NCBI GenBank assembly: GCA_963827655.1
Contig: CAWHCF010000002.1
Coordinates: 168,956 to 232,955 of the forward strand
DNA length: 64,000 nt
Reading direction: 5' to 3'
DNA from: an uncultured Acidobacteriota bacterium
GTDB lineage: Bacteria; Acidobacteriota; UBA6911
Below are positions 11,033 through 20,705 of the stretch, one piece after another. Numbering within the stretch: position 1 is the first letter of the stretch; every line of letters begins with the position of its first letter. A model generated the notes under the pieces. It had not been told where the DNA came from. It saw only the letters and a list, made by a program, of their open reading frames with translations, and made no database searches. Both the position numbers and the translations under genes were made by a program.

Positions 11033-13258
11033 CTAAGGTAACCCGCGCAATCGCTCCTGAGCCTCGCGTTTCACTGCTGCATCCTCACTCGAGGCAGCCT
11101 TCTTGAAGTGCTCCTTAGCCGCTTGCGTCTTGCCCTGGGCCAGCAGCGCCACGCCGAGGTAGAGATATGCCTGGGGCAGCTCCGGATTGCCTGCCAGCGC
11201 CGCCTCGAGCTGCGTCTGAGCCTCAGCGTAGCGCCGATTGGACAGCAGGTGAGACGCCAGATACACTCGCGACGAGTGCGCTGCGGGATTGCATTCGATG
11301 GCTTTTTCGAAGTGCGAAGCCGCCGCTTCCGCCTCACCCAGGTCCAGAAGCAACAGCCCGAAATTATGGTGCGCGCCCCAAGACTTAGGGTCGTGTCGCA
11401 GTGCTTCCTCGAAGAACGGCCGCGCCTCCCGCAAACGTTTGGTACTTGCCAGCGTGATCCCGAGATTGACATATGCGTGCGCGTAGTCGGGCCGCACGCG
11501 GATCGCCTCGCGGAACGCCGCCATGGCCTCGTTGTTGGACCCAAGCCCCAACAAAGCGGTCCCGAGCGAGTTGTGCGCGACCGGAATATCGGCATCGAGC
11601 TTGATTGCCTGTTCGAGCACCGCCGCCGCCTCGGCGAATTCTTTGATTACCGCAAGCGCCGCTCCCAGGTCCGCGAGCGTTCGCGGATTGTCCGGTTCGA
11701 GCGCTCGCGCATGACGCAGTTGCTCGATCGCTGCCCGGGGTTCGCCCGACTCCAGCAGGGATCGCGCAAATGCGACTCGCACGGTAGCGTTCTGCGGATC
11801 CCGTTCGACGGCGACGCGAAACCATCTGGCCGCCTCCCCATACTCTCTCAGCCGGTGATGCGCTCGCGCGAGCTCGAACCAGGCTTTCGGCGGCGGATTC
11901 GCCACCGCCTCGATCGCCGCCTTCAACTGCACAATCCCCATCTCGGTATCAGTACCTTCCATCACCTGCGCCAAAGCGACGGTCAGTCGCACCTCGTTCG
12001 AGGCGGGGAGGCCGGGCGGATAATACGGCACCAGCTCGCCTCGATACGGACCGTGCTGCCTTTCCGGCAACGCCGCCAGCAGTTCTCCGGGCGGTGGACG
12101 GCGTGGAATCGCGTGGTCGGTCATCACCACGTGCACCACGTCTTCGGCACGACGTTTCGGCATGTGACAGGAAATGCACTCCGTGGCTCGAGGATGCTGC
12201 TGACGCAATTCCATCTCGGCCATGCGCTGACTGTGGCAGCGCAAACACGCCTTGGTGTAGTGTCGAACTGCCTCCTGGCCGCGCACCGCCTGGTGCGGGT
12301 TGTGACACGTCGTGCACAGCAGTTTTCCTGCGCTGCCCCGGTAGCACTCCGATTGGAGCATTCGATAGCCGGCGCTGTCGATCTCGAACCTCGTCTTCGC
12401 CGTGCCGTCCTTCGGCTCGAAGTGAATCGCGTGCGCGCCCGGCGACGCGCCGGGCTGAAACCCAAAGGGTCCCCGGCCCGGCATCGGAACCGAATGCGGC
12501 ATATCCGCCATCGATTGCAGGTGGCACTGCATGCACACGTCGAGCGCGCGACTGCTGTCCAGCCGCGAGGGATTCACGATGGCTGCACGCATCGCTTCCA
12601 GAGCGTCTCCGCTCCGGGCAAGACGAGCGTGCTCGTCCCCCGCGCCGTGACAGCGCTGGCAGTCGATTCCTTCCGGGAGACCGGCAGGATACACCGGCGG
12701 CTCTTCACGACGCCCCTGATCGGCGACCGCCGGATAGGCGTTGTGACACGCAATGCATTGGTACGTGATCTCCCGCCGGAAATCCTCGTGGTTCGGCCGA
12801 TCGTAGCCGGGGCTCATCGCCCACTTGCCGCCGCCTTCGCTGTACCAGCCAAGCGGTAACTCGAGCAGCGTCCCCCGCGGAGTCCGGTGGATATAGGTGC
12901 GGGCGTGGTTGCCCGAACCCATGACATAGTGGATTTCTTTCTCGACGACGTTCACTTCTCTGCCACTGCCGTCGAGTTGATGACGCCGCTGATAGTACCG
13001 TCCGTCGCGCTCGATTACGGCGTAGTGGCGATTCGAAGCCGCGTGATAGTAGGAGTTGTTCCCCCGAAGTCCCTCGCCCAGCTTATCCGCGGTGGGTCGG
13101 TAGAACGACCGGCCCATGCCGGTCTCGAGAAAGCTGCGCGCGATTGCCGGATGGCATGGGCGGCAGGCAGACACCTGCGCGATGGCGGCGGGAGCGGCGG
13201 CAAGCCCGACCGCGAAGGAAGCGTACAGGCAGAGCAGAGGATATTTTCTTCTTGGCAT
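11033..13258 (-). CDS. Multiheme cytochrome c domain plus TPR-repeat protein
   Basis: Signal peptide; seven CxxCH motifs (CRPCH, CIACH, CQRCH, CMQCH, CTTCH, CLRCH, CISCH); long C-terminal TPR array. Confidence 0.88.
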   Translation of the reverse strand: MPRRKYPLLCLYASFAVGLAAAPAAIAQVSACRPCHPAIARSFLETGMGRSFYRPTADKLGEGLRGNNSYYHAASNRHYAVIERDGRYYQRRHQLDGSGREVNVVEKEIHYVMGSGNHARTYIHRTPRGTLLELPLGWYSEGGGKWAMSPGYDRPNHEDFRREITYQCIACHNAYPAVADQGRREEPPVYPAGLPEGIDCQRCHGAGDEHARLARSGDALEAMRAAIVNPSRLDSSRALDVCMQCHLQSMADMPHSVPMPGRGPFGFQPGASPGAHAIHFEPKDGTAKTRFEIDSAGYRMLQSECYRGSAGKLLCTTCHNPHQAVRGQEAVRHYTKACLRCHSQRMAEMELRQQHPRATECISCHMPKRRAEDVVHVVMTDHAIPRRPPPGELLAALPERQHGPYRGELVPYYPPGLPASNEVRLTVALAQVMEGTDTEMGIVQLKAAIEAVANPPPKAWFELARAHHRLREYGEAARWFRVAVERDPQNATVRVAFARSLLESGEPRAAIEQLRHARALEPDNPRTLADLGAALAVIKEFAEAAAVLEQAIKLDADIPVAHNSLGTALLGLGSNNEAMAAFREAIRVRPDYAHAYVNLGITLASTKRLREARPFFEEALRHDPKSWGAHHNFGLLLLDLGEAEAAASHFEKAIECNPAAHSSRVYLASHLLSNRRYAEAQTQLEAALAGNPELPQAYLYLGVALLAQGKTQAAKEHFKKAASSEDAAVKREAQERLRGLP

Positions 13259-13270
13259 TGCCGATCCGGA

Positions 13271-13307
13271 CGGCCCAGCTTCCTATAAGGTCGGTGGTAT
13301 GTCAACC
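13271..13307 (+). other. dif-like (Xer-type) motif, copy 1
   Basis: GCTTCCTATAA-8 bp-GTATGTCAACC; 19/20 identity with 45699-45718. Confidence 0.4.
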
Positions 13308-13518
13308 TCACGTCGTTCCGTGGATCGGCTGGCGAAGTTCGCAGCCGGCCGGGCGCCCGGCCCGGCTTTTGTGGCGCGGGTCATCACGGGCCGTTGCAAA
13401 ACTCAGCTCTACCCTGGAATGCGGCTCAGACACTTTCCGAAGCCTTCTGTGGCGACGGGTCAATGACCCGTCGCGTGGAGTTCGGACATTTCACGGCACA
13501 GAAGCTCAGGTGCCGGTA

Positions 13519-13625
13519 GCCGGGCCGAAGGCCCGGCAGTAAGTAGCCACGCCCGTCAGGGCGTAGTTTATGTGCAGATGACATGCGAGGTCCTGACGGG
13601 CCTCGGCGGGCTTGATAGCCCGTCC
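13519..13625. repeat. REP-like hairpin cluster
   Basis: GCCGGGCC-GAA-GGCCCGGC hairpin and a perfect 10-bp inverted pair GCCCGTCAGG (13551)/CCTGACGGGC (13592). Confidence 0.55.
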
Positions 13626-13750
13626 GCACATGTATCGGGTCGTTTTGCGACAGATGACGCGTCGCCACAGGATGCTCGGAAAGTGTGCTCGCTTCGTCTG
13701 GAGTCCGAGTGCAAACTCGCCTGCCCGTAAGCCTCGGCCTCTCCACGGTA

Positions 13751-14773
13751 TTACTTCACCCCCACGACCATCGAATCCGGACCGGCCAGGTGCACGACGC
13801 GAGTCTCACGGAAGCCGACTTTTTTCATCCATGCTGAACAGTCGGCTCCGGTGTAGTCGAAGCCACCCGGCGTTTCGATCAGCATGTTCAAGCTCATCAG
13901 CAAACCGAACGCATTTTCTCGCCGATCATCATCGATCAGAGCCTCGAAAACGATGAAAGATCCTCCCGTTGGCAGTGTTCGATAGGCGGTCTCGATCAAA
14001 CGCATTTTCTCACTGAGATCCCAGTCGTGGAGGATGTGTCCCATGATCAGAACTTCGGCCGATGGAATCGGGTCCTTGAAAAAATCGCCCGGAATGAAGC
14101 GCAGACGCTCACTGACACCCATCGCTCTGGCGTAATCTTCGAAAATGGGCTGAACAACCGGCAGATCGAAGTTCGCCCCCGCCAGATGCGGGTGCGCCAG
14201 CGCAACCTGCACGGCAACGCCGCCCTGTGCGCCTCCGACATCGATGAATGTCTTGTACTTGTCCCAGGGGAACAGCGTCGCGATGCCTTTCGCCGCCCCC
14301 ATACTCAGACCGGTCATGGCCCCGAGAAAAAGGCGTAGCCGCTGGGGATCGTTATAGATGGTTTCGAATAAGCCTGTACCTCCGCGTTTGATTTCATTCT
14401 GAGGTTGCCCCGTGCGCAGCCCTTCAGTAAGCGATCCCCAGAACGAGTAGAGTCGTTCATTGGCCATTTCCAACATTCCACCGATATACGCTGGGCTGCC
14501 GCGCACCAGGAATGCGGCTGTTTCGGCGGTATTCGCGTAGCGGCCATCTCTCCGATCCAGGAAGCGCAGGGCCACAAGTGCGTCAAGGAAATCCCGGTAG
14601 CTCCGTTCGTGAAGACCCAATCTTCGGGACAGTTCTGCGCCTTCGAGCGGACCAGCAGCCAGTTCACTAAACAAACCCAGTTCGATGGCACTCAGAAGCG
14701 TCTTCGAACCCCAGAATCCGAGACCGATCTGCATGATGTTCGCGGGCGTGATTTGCGTGGCTTCTTGCGTCAT
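13751..14773 (-). CDS. O-methyltransferase family 2 (dimerisation plus SAM-binding domains)
   Basis: [17 protein letters not shown] and GHILHDW motifs. Confidence 0.92.
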   Translation of the reverse strand: MTQEATQITPANIMQIGLGFWGSKTLLSAIELGLFSELAAGPLEGAELSRRLGLHERSYRDFLDALVALRFLDRRDGRYANTAETAAFLVRGSPAYIGGMLEMANERLYSFWGSLTEGLRTGQPQNEIKRGGTGLFETIYNDPQRLRLFLGAMTGLSMGAAKGIATLFPWDKYKTFIDVGGAQGGVAVQVALAHPHLAGANFDLPVVQPIFEDYARAMGVSERLRFIPGDFFKDPIPSAEVLIMGHILHDWDLSEKMRLIETAYRTLPTGGSFIVFEALIDDDRRENAFGLLMSLNMLIETPGGFDYTGADCSAWMKKVGFRETRVVHLAGPDSMVVGVK

Positions 14774-15159
14774 GTATCTTCCTCTAATGAATTCTGCATT
14801 TCACAATTACGGTGACGTATTCTGGAGTGCGGCAGCTTGCTGACGCCTTGATCCGGCAAAACTTGCTTCGCAAGCATCGCGGCTCTCGATTGCTCCCGAA
14901 CGACGGAGCTCTCGGGGCAAATGACCGTCGGGTGAGAGTCATTCGGCCCCTGGGAAGCAAGCTTGCAAGCGCACGTCACAGGCCTGGGTGCATACTCGGT
15001 CGTCCGGAGGGCGCAGCGTCGTCCCCGGCTAATCTGTTCGCCCCTTCGAAAGAGGATCGGCGCCTGGTAGAGCCGGGGGCCCAACAAACGGCGTCGAGCC
15101 CCCAAACTTCCCTCTCCCGCGATCCGATGGTGCCGGAAGAAGACGCGGTTATGGGCCAC

Positions 15160-18100
15160 TCAGAACACCAACTTGGCTCCGAGCTGGATGACGCGGGTCG
15201 TAACGCCTTGCACGCCGCCGCCCACCGCGCCGAACGTGGCCGACCGTATATTGCGGTCCACGGTAGCGGGGTCCGGGTTGAAGTGGTTCGTCAGGTTGAA
15301 GAATTCGGTCCGGAACTCGAGGTGGCGCCCCTCCGATATCGGGAAGATCTTGTTGACGGAAAAGTCGCCGGTGGCAATCCCGGGCAGCCGGATCGCGTAG
15401 GTGCGAGGCGAAGTGCCGAAGCGGCCGAATGGCGCCTCCGCGAACGCGGCGGTGTTGAACCATTTCGTCCACGTGCGCTCGTCGCCTGGCAAGTTGCCAT
15501 TCTGACCGGATAGCAGGTCGGGGCGCGAGCTGATTCCCGTGCCCGTCGTGTCCACGTTGTTCGTCACTGGCGCGGGAAAACCGCTCTGGAAGGTTACGAT
15601 GGTCGAAAGCTGCCAGCCGTCGAGCAACCACCGCGCAGCGCCGCGCGTATCCTTGAAGAACGGTAACTGGTAGAGCACCGTCTGAACAAAGCGCTGCGTC
15701 ACGTCGAAACCCGATACCGAACGATCGCCAGCAAGATTGTAGATATCCTGCGGGGCGCCGATGAAGTTGCCGCCGCCGACCTGCCCGCCGATGTCGTTCG
15801 GTCCGGAGATCGACTTCGACCAGGTATAGGCGGTAAGGAAGACCAGCCCGCTGCTCATGCGGCGCTCCGCCCTCAGCTGGAGCGCGTGATAGATCGCGTT
15901 GCCGACGGATTTGTCGGAACGAACGTTGCGCTGATAGGCCTGATTTGGACGGCGCGCATTGAGCGAGGGCAAGCCGGGTGTCCGCGGATCGACCAGCTGG
16001 ATGGGTCGGTTGAGATCCTCGAACGTTACAATCAGCCTGGTACTCTTCGTGCCGATATAGCCCACATCCATGAGGATCTTGCCCGGGAGGGTCTTCTGCA
16101 CGTTCAAGTTCCACTGCTGGATATAGGTGTCGCGCAGGTTCTGGTCATTGCTGACCGCGAAGTTCAGCGCGCCGGTGGTCACGGCCGACGAAAACGGGTC
16201 GTTGAAGAAAAGATTGGGCACGCCCGTCGGGTTCCCAATCACGCTCGCGCCAGCAGTAGCCTGCGCGCCCTCGGCCATCGCGAAGATCGCGTTCGAAATC
16301 TGCGGCGTGTAATACCAGCCGTAGGCGCCGCGGACCACGGCGTCGTTCATGAAAGTTGGACGGTAGGCGAAGCCTACCCGGGGAGCCCAGTTGTTGCGAT
16401 CCGGCGCGATCAGCCCGCGCCCATAGCTCGAGGTCTCGGGCGTTGTAATACCCGCGACGACAAAGCCGTTCTGCTCGATGTTCACGAACTTGTCGTCCAC
16501 CTGCGTGTAGGGCTGGAAGTAGTCGTAGCGTAGACCAAGGTTGACTGTAAGCCTGGGAGTTATTTTCCAGTCATCATTGAAATAATAGGATTGCCACCAG
16601 TTCCACAGGTCGGTGGACGTGTGAGCCGGATTGATACTCGCGTTTCGCACATAACCCAGCATGAAATCGGCGAGCGCGCTTCCGGTATAGGTTCCATCGA
16701 AACCGAAGCTGCCGCGGGGCGCGCGGGCCTGTTCGAAGGTCACCTGGCGCCTGACGATATCGGCGCCGAACTTCAGGAAGTGTGTGCCATGCTGCCAGGA
16801 GGCAGAATCCACGAACTGAAAGATCTGGTTGGAGCGATCGCGGGGTCCGATCTGCCGCTGCAGGTCGTACATGCTGAAGGCTCCGTCCGGGCCGTTGATG
16901 GTAATGGTCGGCGGCCCATACTCCTGCGGCAGCCGGGATACCAGCGGAATTCCCATCTTTCCGGCGATGTCGTAAGCGGGATCGTTGGTGGTGCCGAAGA
17001 TCTCGGTCTCGAAGAACTTGTGCCAGCCGCCACGAAACTCATTTATCAGCGTCGGTCCAAAGGTATGGGTCCAGGCGCTCACAAAATTCTGCGAACGGCC
17101 CAGGTTGTCGCGCTCGTCGTGGCCCCAGAACGGTACGCCGGCTTCGTAAGTGTCATTGAAGATATAACGACCCGACAGTGTGTCCGTGCTGGAGAAGATA
17201 TGATCGATGCGACCGTTGTAGTTGTCCTGTTTCGAGACGGCGCTGGCGGGAGTGCTGGCGAAGTTCTGGGTCCCTACCTGGGTGTTGGGAAGAGGCATGA
17301 ACTGGAGAAAAGTCAGCGACTGACTACTCAGCCTCGATGCGGGAATGACGTTGTTCGCGATCCCGATGTTGAGCGGGTCGTTCAGCGTAATCGGGGCCCC
17401 GGTGCGCGAATTGGTTAGACCCCGGAAATCTCCGGTCCGGATGGCTGCCGGCGGGATCAAGCGCAGCGAACTGACCGCGCCCTGGGCCAACCGGCCCGAT
17501 TCCCAGTTGAAGAAGAAGAACGTCTTGTCCGTTCCTCGGTAGAGCCCAGGAATATAGACCGGCCCGCCGATATTCGCGCCGAACTGATTCCGGTTCAATC
17601 GGGGCGGGTCGACGCTCTTGCGGGCGATCGCATCGTAGGCCTGCGTGAGCGCGTCGTTGCGATTGAACTCCCAGAGGGTCCCGGTGAGCCGATTGCCGCC
17701 GCGCTTGGTGAGCATATTGACCTGCCCGCCTGGCGCGCCGCCGGACTCCGACGACGAGTTGCCGGTCTCCACCTTGAACTCGGCGAGCGAGTCCACCGAC
17801 GGCGCAAACGAGTACGTCATCGCGTCGTAGTCCATGAACTCGATACCGTCGAGAAGGTAGCGATTGGCGGTGTCGCGCGAGCCATTGGCAGACATGGCTG
17901 TGGATCCGAATGGCGCATCCTGCTGGCCGATGGATCCGCGCCCCCGCCGGACGGTAATGGAGCCCGGCGTGCCGGCCTGAACGCCAGGAATCAGTTGCGC
18001 CAGCTGAATAAAGTTGCGTCCGTTGAGAGGCAGGTCGACGATTTTGCTTCCGTCGATGACCGCGCCCACCGTGGCATTGTCGGTCTGCAGGACCGCCGCG

Positions 18101-18462
18101 AAAGCCTCGACGTTGATCGTCTCGGCAACGTCGCCGATCCGGAGTTGCACATCGACCCGCGCGGTCTGCTGCACCTGCAGGGTGATACGGTCGATCTTCT
18201 GCTTCTGAAAGCCAGGGGCAACGGCAGTCACAGAATAATCGCCGGCAGGCAAGAAGGGGAGCGTGTAGCTGCCCGTCTCGGCGGTCAAGGTTTCGCGGAC
18301 CGCGTTCGTGGCCAGATTGGTGGCTGTGATCGTCACACCCGCGACCACGGCGCCCGTCGGGTCTGTGACGGTGCCGGTTAGAGTCGCGGTGGTCTGCTGG
18401 GCGTGCGCCGCGCTTATAAGGATTGCAACTGCGAGAACGGTTCTCGTGAACGCTTGGAACAT
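15160..18462 (-). CDS. TonB-dependent receptor (intact)
   Basis: Signal peptide, GTVTDPTGAVVAG, LPLNGRNF, NLGLRYD and C-terminal QLGAKLVF. Confidence 0.93.
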   Translation of the reverse strand: MFQAFTRTVLAVAILISAAHAQQTTATLTGTVTDPTGAVVAGVTITATNLATNAVRETLTAETGSYTLPFLPAGDYSVTAVAPGFQKQKIDRITLQVQQTARVDVQLRIGDVAETINVEAFAAVLQTDNATVGAVIDGSKIVDLPLNGRNFIQLAQLIPGVQAGTPGSITVRRGRGSIGQQDAPFGSTAMSANGSRDTANRYLLDGIEFMDYDAMTYSFAPSVDSLAEFKVETGNSSSESGGAPGGQVNMLTKRGGNRLTGTLWEFNRNDALTQAYDAIARKSVDPPRLNRNQFGANIGGPVYIPGLYRGTDKTFFFFNWESGRLAQGAVSSLRLIPPAAIRTGDFRGLTNSRTGAPITLNDPLNIGIANNVIPASRLSSQSLTFLQFMPLPNTQVGTQNFASTPASAVSKQDNYNGRIDHIFSSTDTLSGRYIFNDTYEAGVPFWGHDERDNLGRSQNFVSAWTHTFGPTLINEFRGGWHKFFETEIFGTTNDPAYDIAGKMGIPLVSRLPQEYGPPTITINGPDGAFSMYDLQRQIGPRDRSNQIFQFVDSASWQHGTHFLKFGADIVRRQVTFEQARAPRGSFGFDGTYTGSALADFMLGYVRNASINPAHTSTDLWNWWQSYYFNDDWKITPRLTVNLGLRYDYFQPYTQVDDKFVNIEQNGFVVAGITTPETSSYGRGLIAPDRNNWAPRVGFAYRPTFMNDAVVRGAYGWYYTPQISNAIFAMAEGAQATAGASVIGNPTGVPNLFFNDPFSSAVTTGALNFAVSNDQNLRDTYIQQWNLNVQKTLPGKILMDVGYIGTKSTRLIVTFEDLNRPIQLVDPRTPGLPSLNARRPNQAYQRNVRSDKSVGNAIYHALQLRAERRMSSGLVFLTAYTWSKSISGPNDIGGQVGGGNFIGAPQDIYNLAGDRSVSGFDVTQRFVQTVLYQLPFFKDTRGAARWLLDGWQLSTIVTFQSGFPAPVTNNVDTTGTGISSRPDLLSGQNGNLPGDERTWTKWFNTAAFAEAPFGRFGTSPRTYAIRLPGIATGDFSVNKIFPISEGRHLEFRTEFFNLTNHFNPDPATVDRNIRSATFGAVGGGVQGVTTRVIQLGAKLVF

Positions 18463-18870
18463 AGGTCTCCTCTAATATGACTTGCGACGGGATTCTAGCG
18501 CATCGAGGCTTGCGGGTCCGGTCCACTCATTTTCGGAGCTCTGAACAAGCCAGTGCGCCCAGGAACTTCACAATGAGCGTACCTGACCCCTTCTATCTTC
18601 GATTCTTGATTCTTGCCAGGAAAGTCAGTGTACCATTTCCTGACGTCCGGTCACGTGATTTTGTCCGGGAGCCTCGGGCCGAGCAGTTCAAACATTTTTG
18701 TTACTGGAAAGCTTCGCGAGACGTTTTGGGCAATGTCTATAGCAAGACCAGGCAGGTAGGGAAGGAGGATTAGAAACCGATTCGGAGGCGCAGATGAGCG
18801 AACCCCCCGGATCAGAAGTGCATCACTCCAAACGGAGCTTCATGTATTCCGTCACGATATTCTGTAGTTC

Positions 18871-20278
18871 TCAATCGGTGCGCGGCAGCAGGGCTTCTTT
18901 CAATACTGCCTCGATTCGCGCCTCCGAGCCGGGTCCCACCCAGCACCAGTCCTTCAAGTTCTCGTCGCCTTCATTGAAGGCCCGTTCGATCGGAACATAG
19001 CCGGGAGCACACTCCCCATACCCCAATGTCATCACAAACGAATCTGGCCGGAGCTTCTGTGCCATCAACTGAAACTCCACATACATCTCACCGGGCAACA
19101 AGACCAGGTTCGCCGATCCGAAATCAAGGACCGGCACATCAATCGGGTGGCCGGCCTCCACTCGCTCTCGCCAGCTCAGGCCGAGGGCCGCCAGGCATTG
19201 GCCAAACGGCTTCGGATCTGTTCTGAGGCGCGCCTCCAGGTCCGGCTTGGAGAATCCTGACATCGCTCCGAGGTTCCAACTCCAGCGGTAACGATCGGAA
19301 CTTAAGGGACGTCAGTGGCTGGCGTCGCGTGTCCTTCCATGCTTGCGCCATTGCCCGGTAGATTCGGTCCGCCAGGACAGATCGGTTCTCCGGAGCACCG
19401 TCATTGTATTTGCCGGCGGTGACATTTCCGCTGCAGCCTGAAACGTAGATCTGTTTGACATCCCGGTCTTCCTTTTGGCGGCGATCACGGGCCATTCCCA
19501 TGAAATCGCTCGAAACAGCCCCCTTTCCGTAATAGCTCATGGGATGGGTGGCATAGCAGCTCAGTGCGAGCACAGGACGTTCACCGTCCCAGAAGCTGAG
19601 GGTCTTGAGCCAGGGGTCGACTGTTCCCTCAGGCTGCGCGCGGATCCAGGCATCTCGGGTAGCGCTGGTTCTGTTGAAGAACAGCTTTCCTTCCGGGCCA
19701 ACGTATCGCCGGTTGGAGGCGACTTTCTCAACTTGCGCTTGTCCTAGTCCCAAATGAGTCACTCGTCGACTCGCCCGCTGGCCCTCTCGCAGTGCCTGAA
19801 CCACGCGTTGAACCGCGGTTTCGTGAAACTCCAGATCGCAGATGCTGCCTGAAGATCTTGATTCGTTCAGAAACCGCTGAGCGGTCAGGTCCGCGATTGG
19901 AGCATCGTGCTGGTGAATGCAGCTCAGCAAGACTCGCTCCTTTGAAGTTCCAGCAGTCTTGGCGAGCACCGTCCGCCAGCGATCATAGGCGTCATTGCGC
20001 ACTTCGCACCAGTCCAGTGAAACCAGCACGACGGGGAACCCTCCGCCTCTGAGCACAAACCCATGGGCCAATAACCGATCGTCGATTCGCTGAGCGGGGG
20101 TAATACCTCCTCCCATGAGCGCGTGACCGAGAGGCGGCGTAATGTCAGCCTGAAAAGTCGAAAGCTCATGGGACGCCGCAACCGCGGCTCGGGATGAACC
20201 CACGACCGTAACGGCGCATCCTGCCGCCAGTCCTTTCAAGACTTGACGGCGAGTCAATCCGCATCGGATCCGCATCAC
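18871..20278 (-). CDS. Tat-exported neutral/alkaline ceramidase-like protein; frameshift near 19260
   Basis: TRRQVLK Tat motif, ADITPPLGH, HQHDAP and YATHP; C-terminal LPGEMYVEFQL and GYGECAPGYVP lie in the second ORF. Confidence 0.72.
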
Positions 20279-20304
20279 GCTCCCCCTTTCACTCAGAAAA
20301 ACGA

Positions 20305-20461
20305 CTGCGTTGATCCGGTCGCGCGGGAACGCAGCGACGCACTCGTCGAGAAATCAAACGAGGGCGAGCTCTGACCTGACGAGCGCGCCGAATACGCGCT
20401 GGACGTATCGACTGGTACCTCCTGCGAGCTCTTCCGGCGGAGCATGCGAACTCGTGAATGA
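20305..20461 (+). pseudogene. Remnant of a small antitoxin-like gene
   Basis: Reads VDPVARERSDALVEKSNEGEL*PDERAEY, with an internal stop and no start codon. Confidence 0.35.
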
Positions 20462-20705
20462 AACATCACCAACTCCCTCGGGCTACGAGGTGGTTCAAGA
20501 TCATCGTACGATCTCCGAGAATCCAGATTGATGATGACGTTTCTCAAGTATCGGATGCTACTCCTCAACGTGGAGTTCGACTATCGCGTTCTATCCGTTA
20601 GGCACAACCCATAGAGTGCTTGGATCAAGCCGGCGAGGTTGTGGCGTAAGTGAAGATTTCGGGACGGACGACGTTTGGCGAAGGACATGAGAAAGTCTCA
20701 TGGGA

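Noticed and set aside
11108-12859. Long antisense ORFs (also 373-1194, 3906-5135, 17324-18526, 24100-25065, 33215-34525, 39538-40842, 53035-54111)
   Set aside because: These are shadow or alternative frames of well-supported genes in high-GC DNA, with no motifs of their own.
20560-20605. GTTAGGC as an integron attC core
   Set aside because: No complementary GCCTAAC or paired L boxes were found, and there is no intI in the window.
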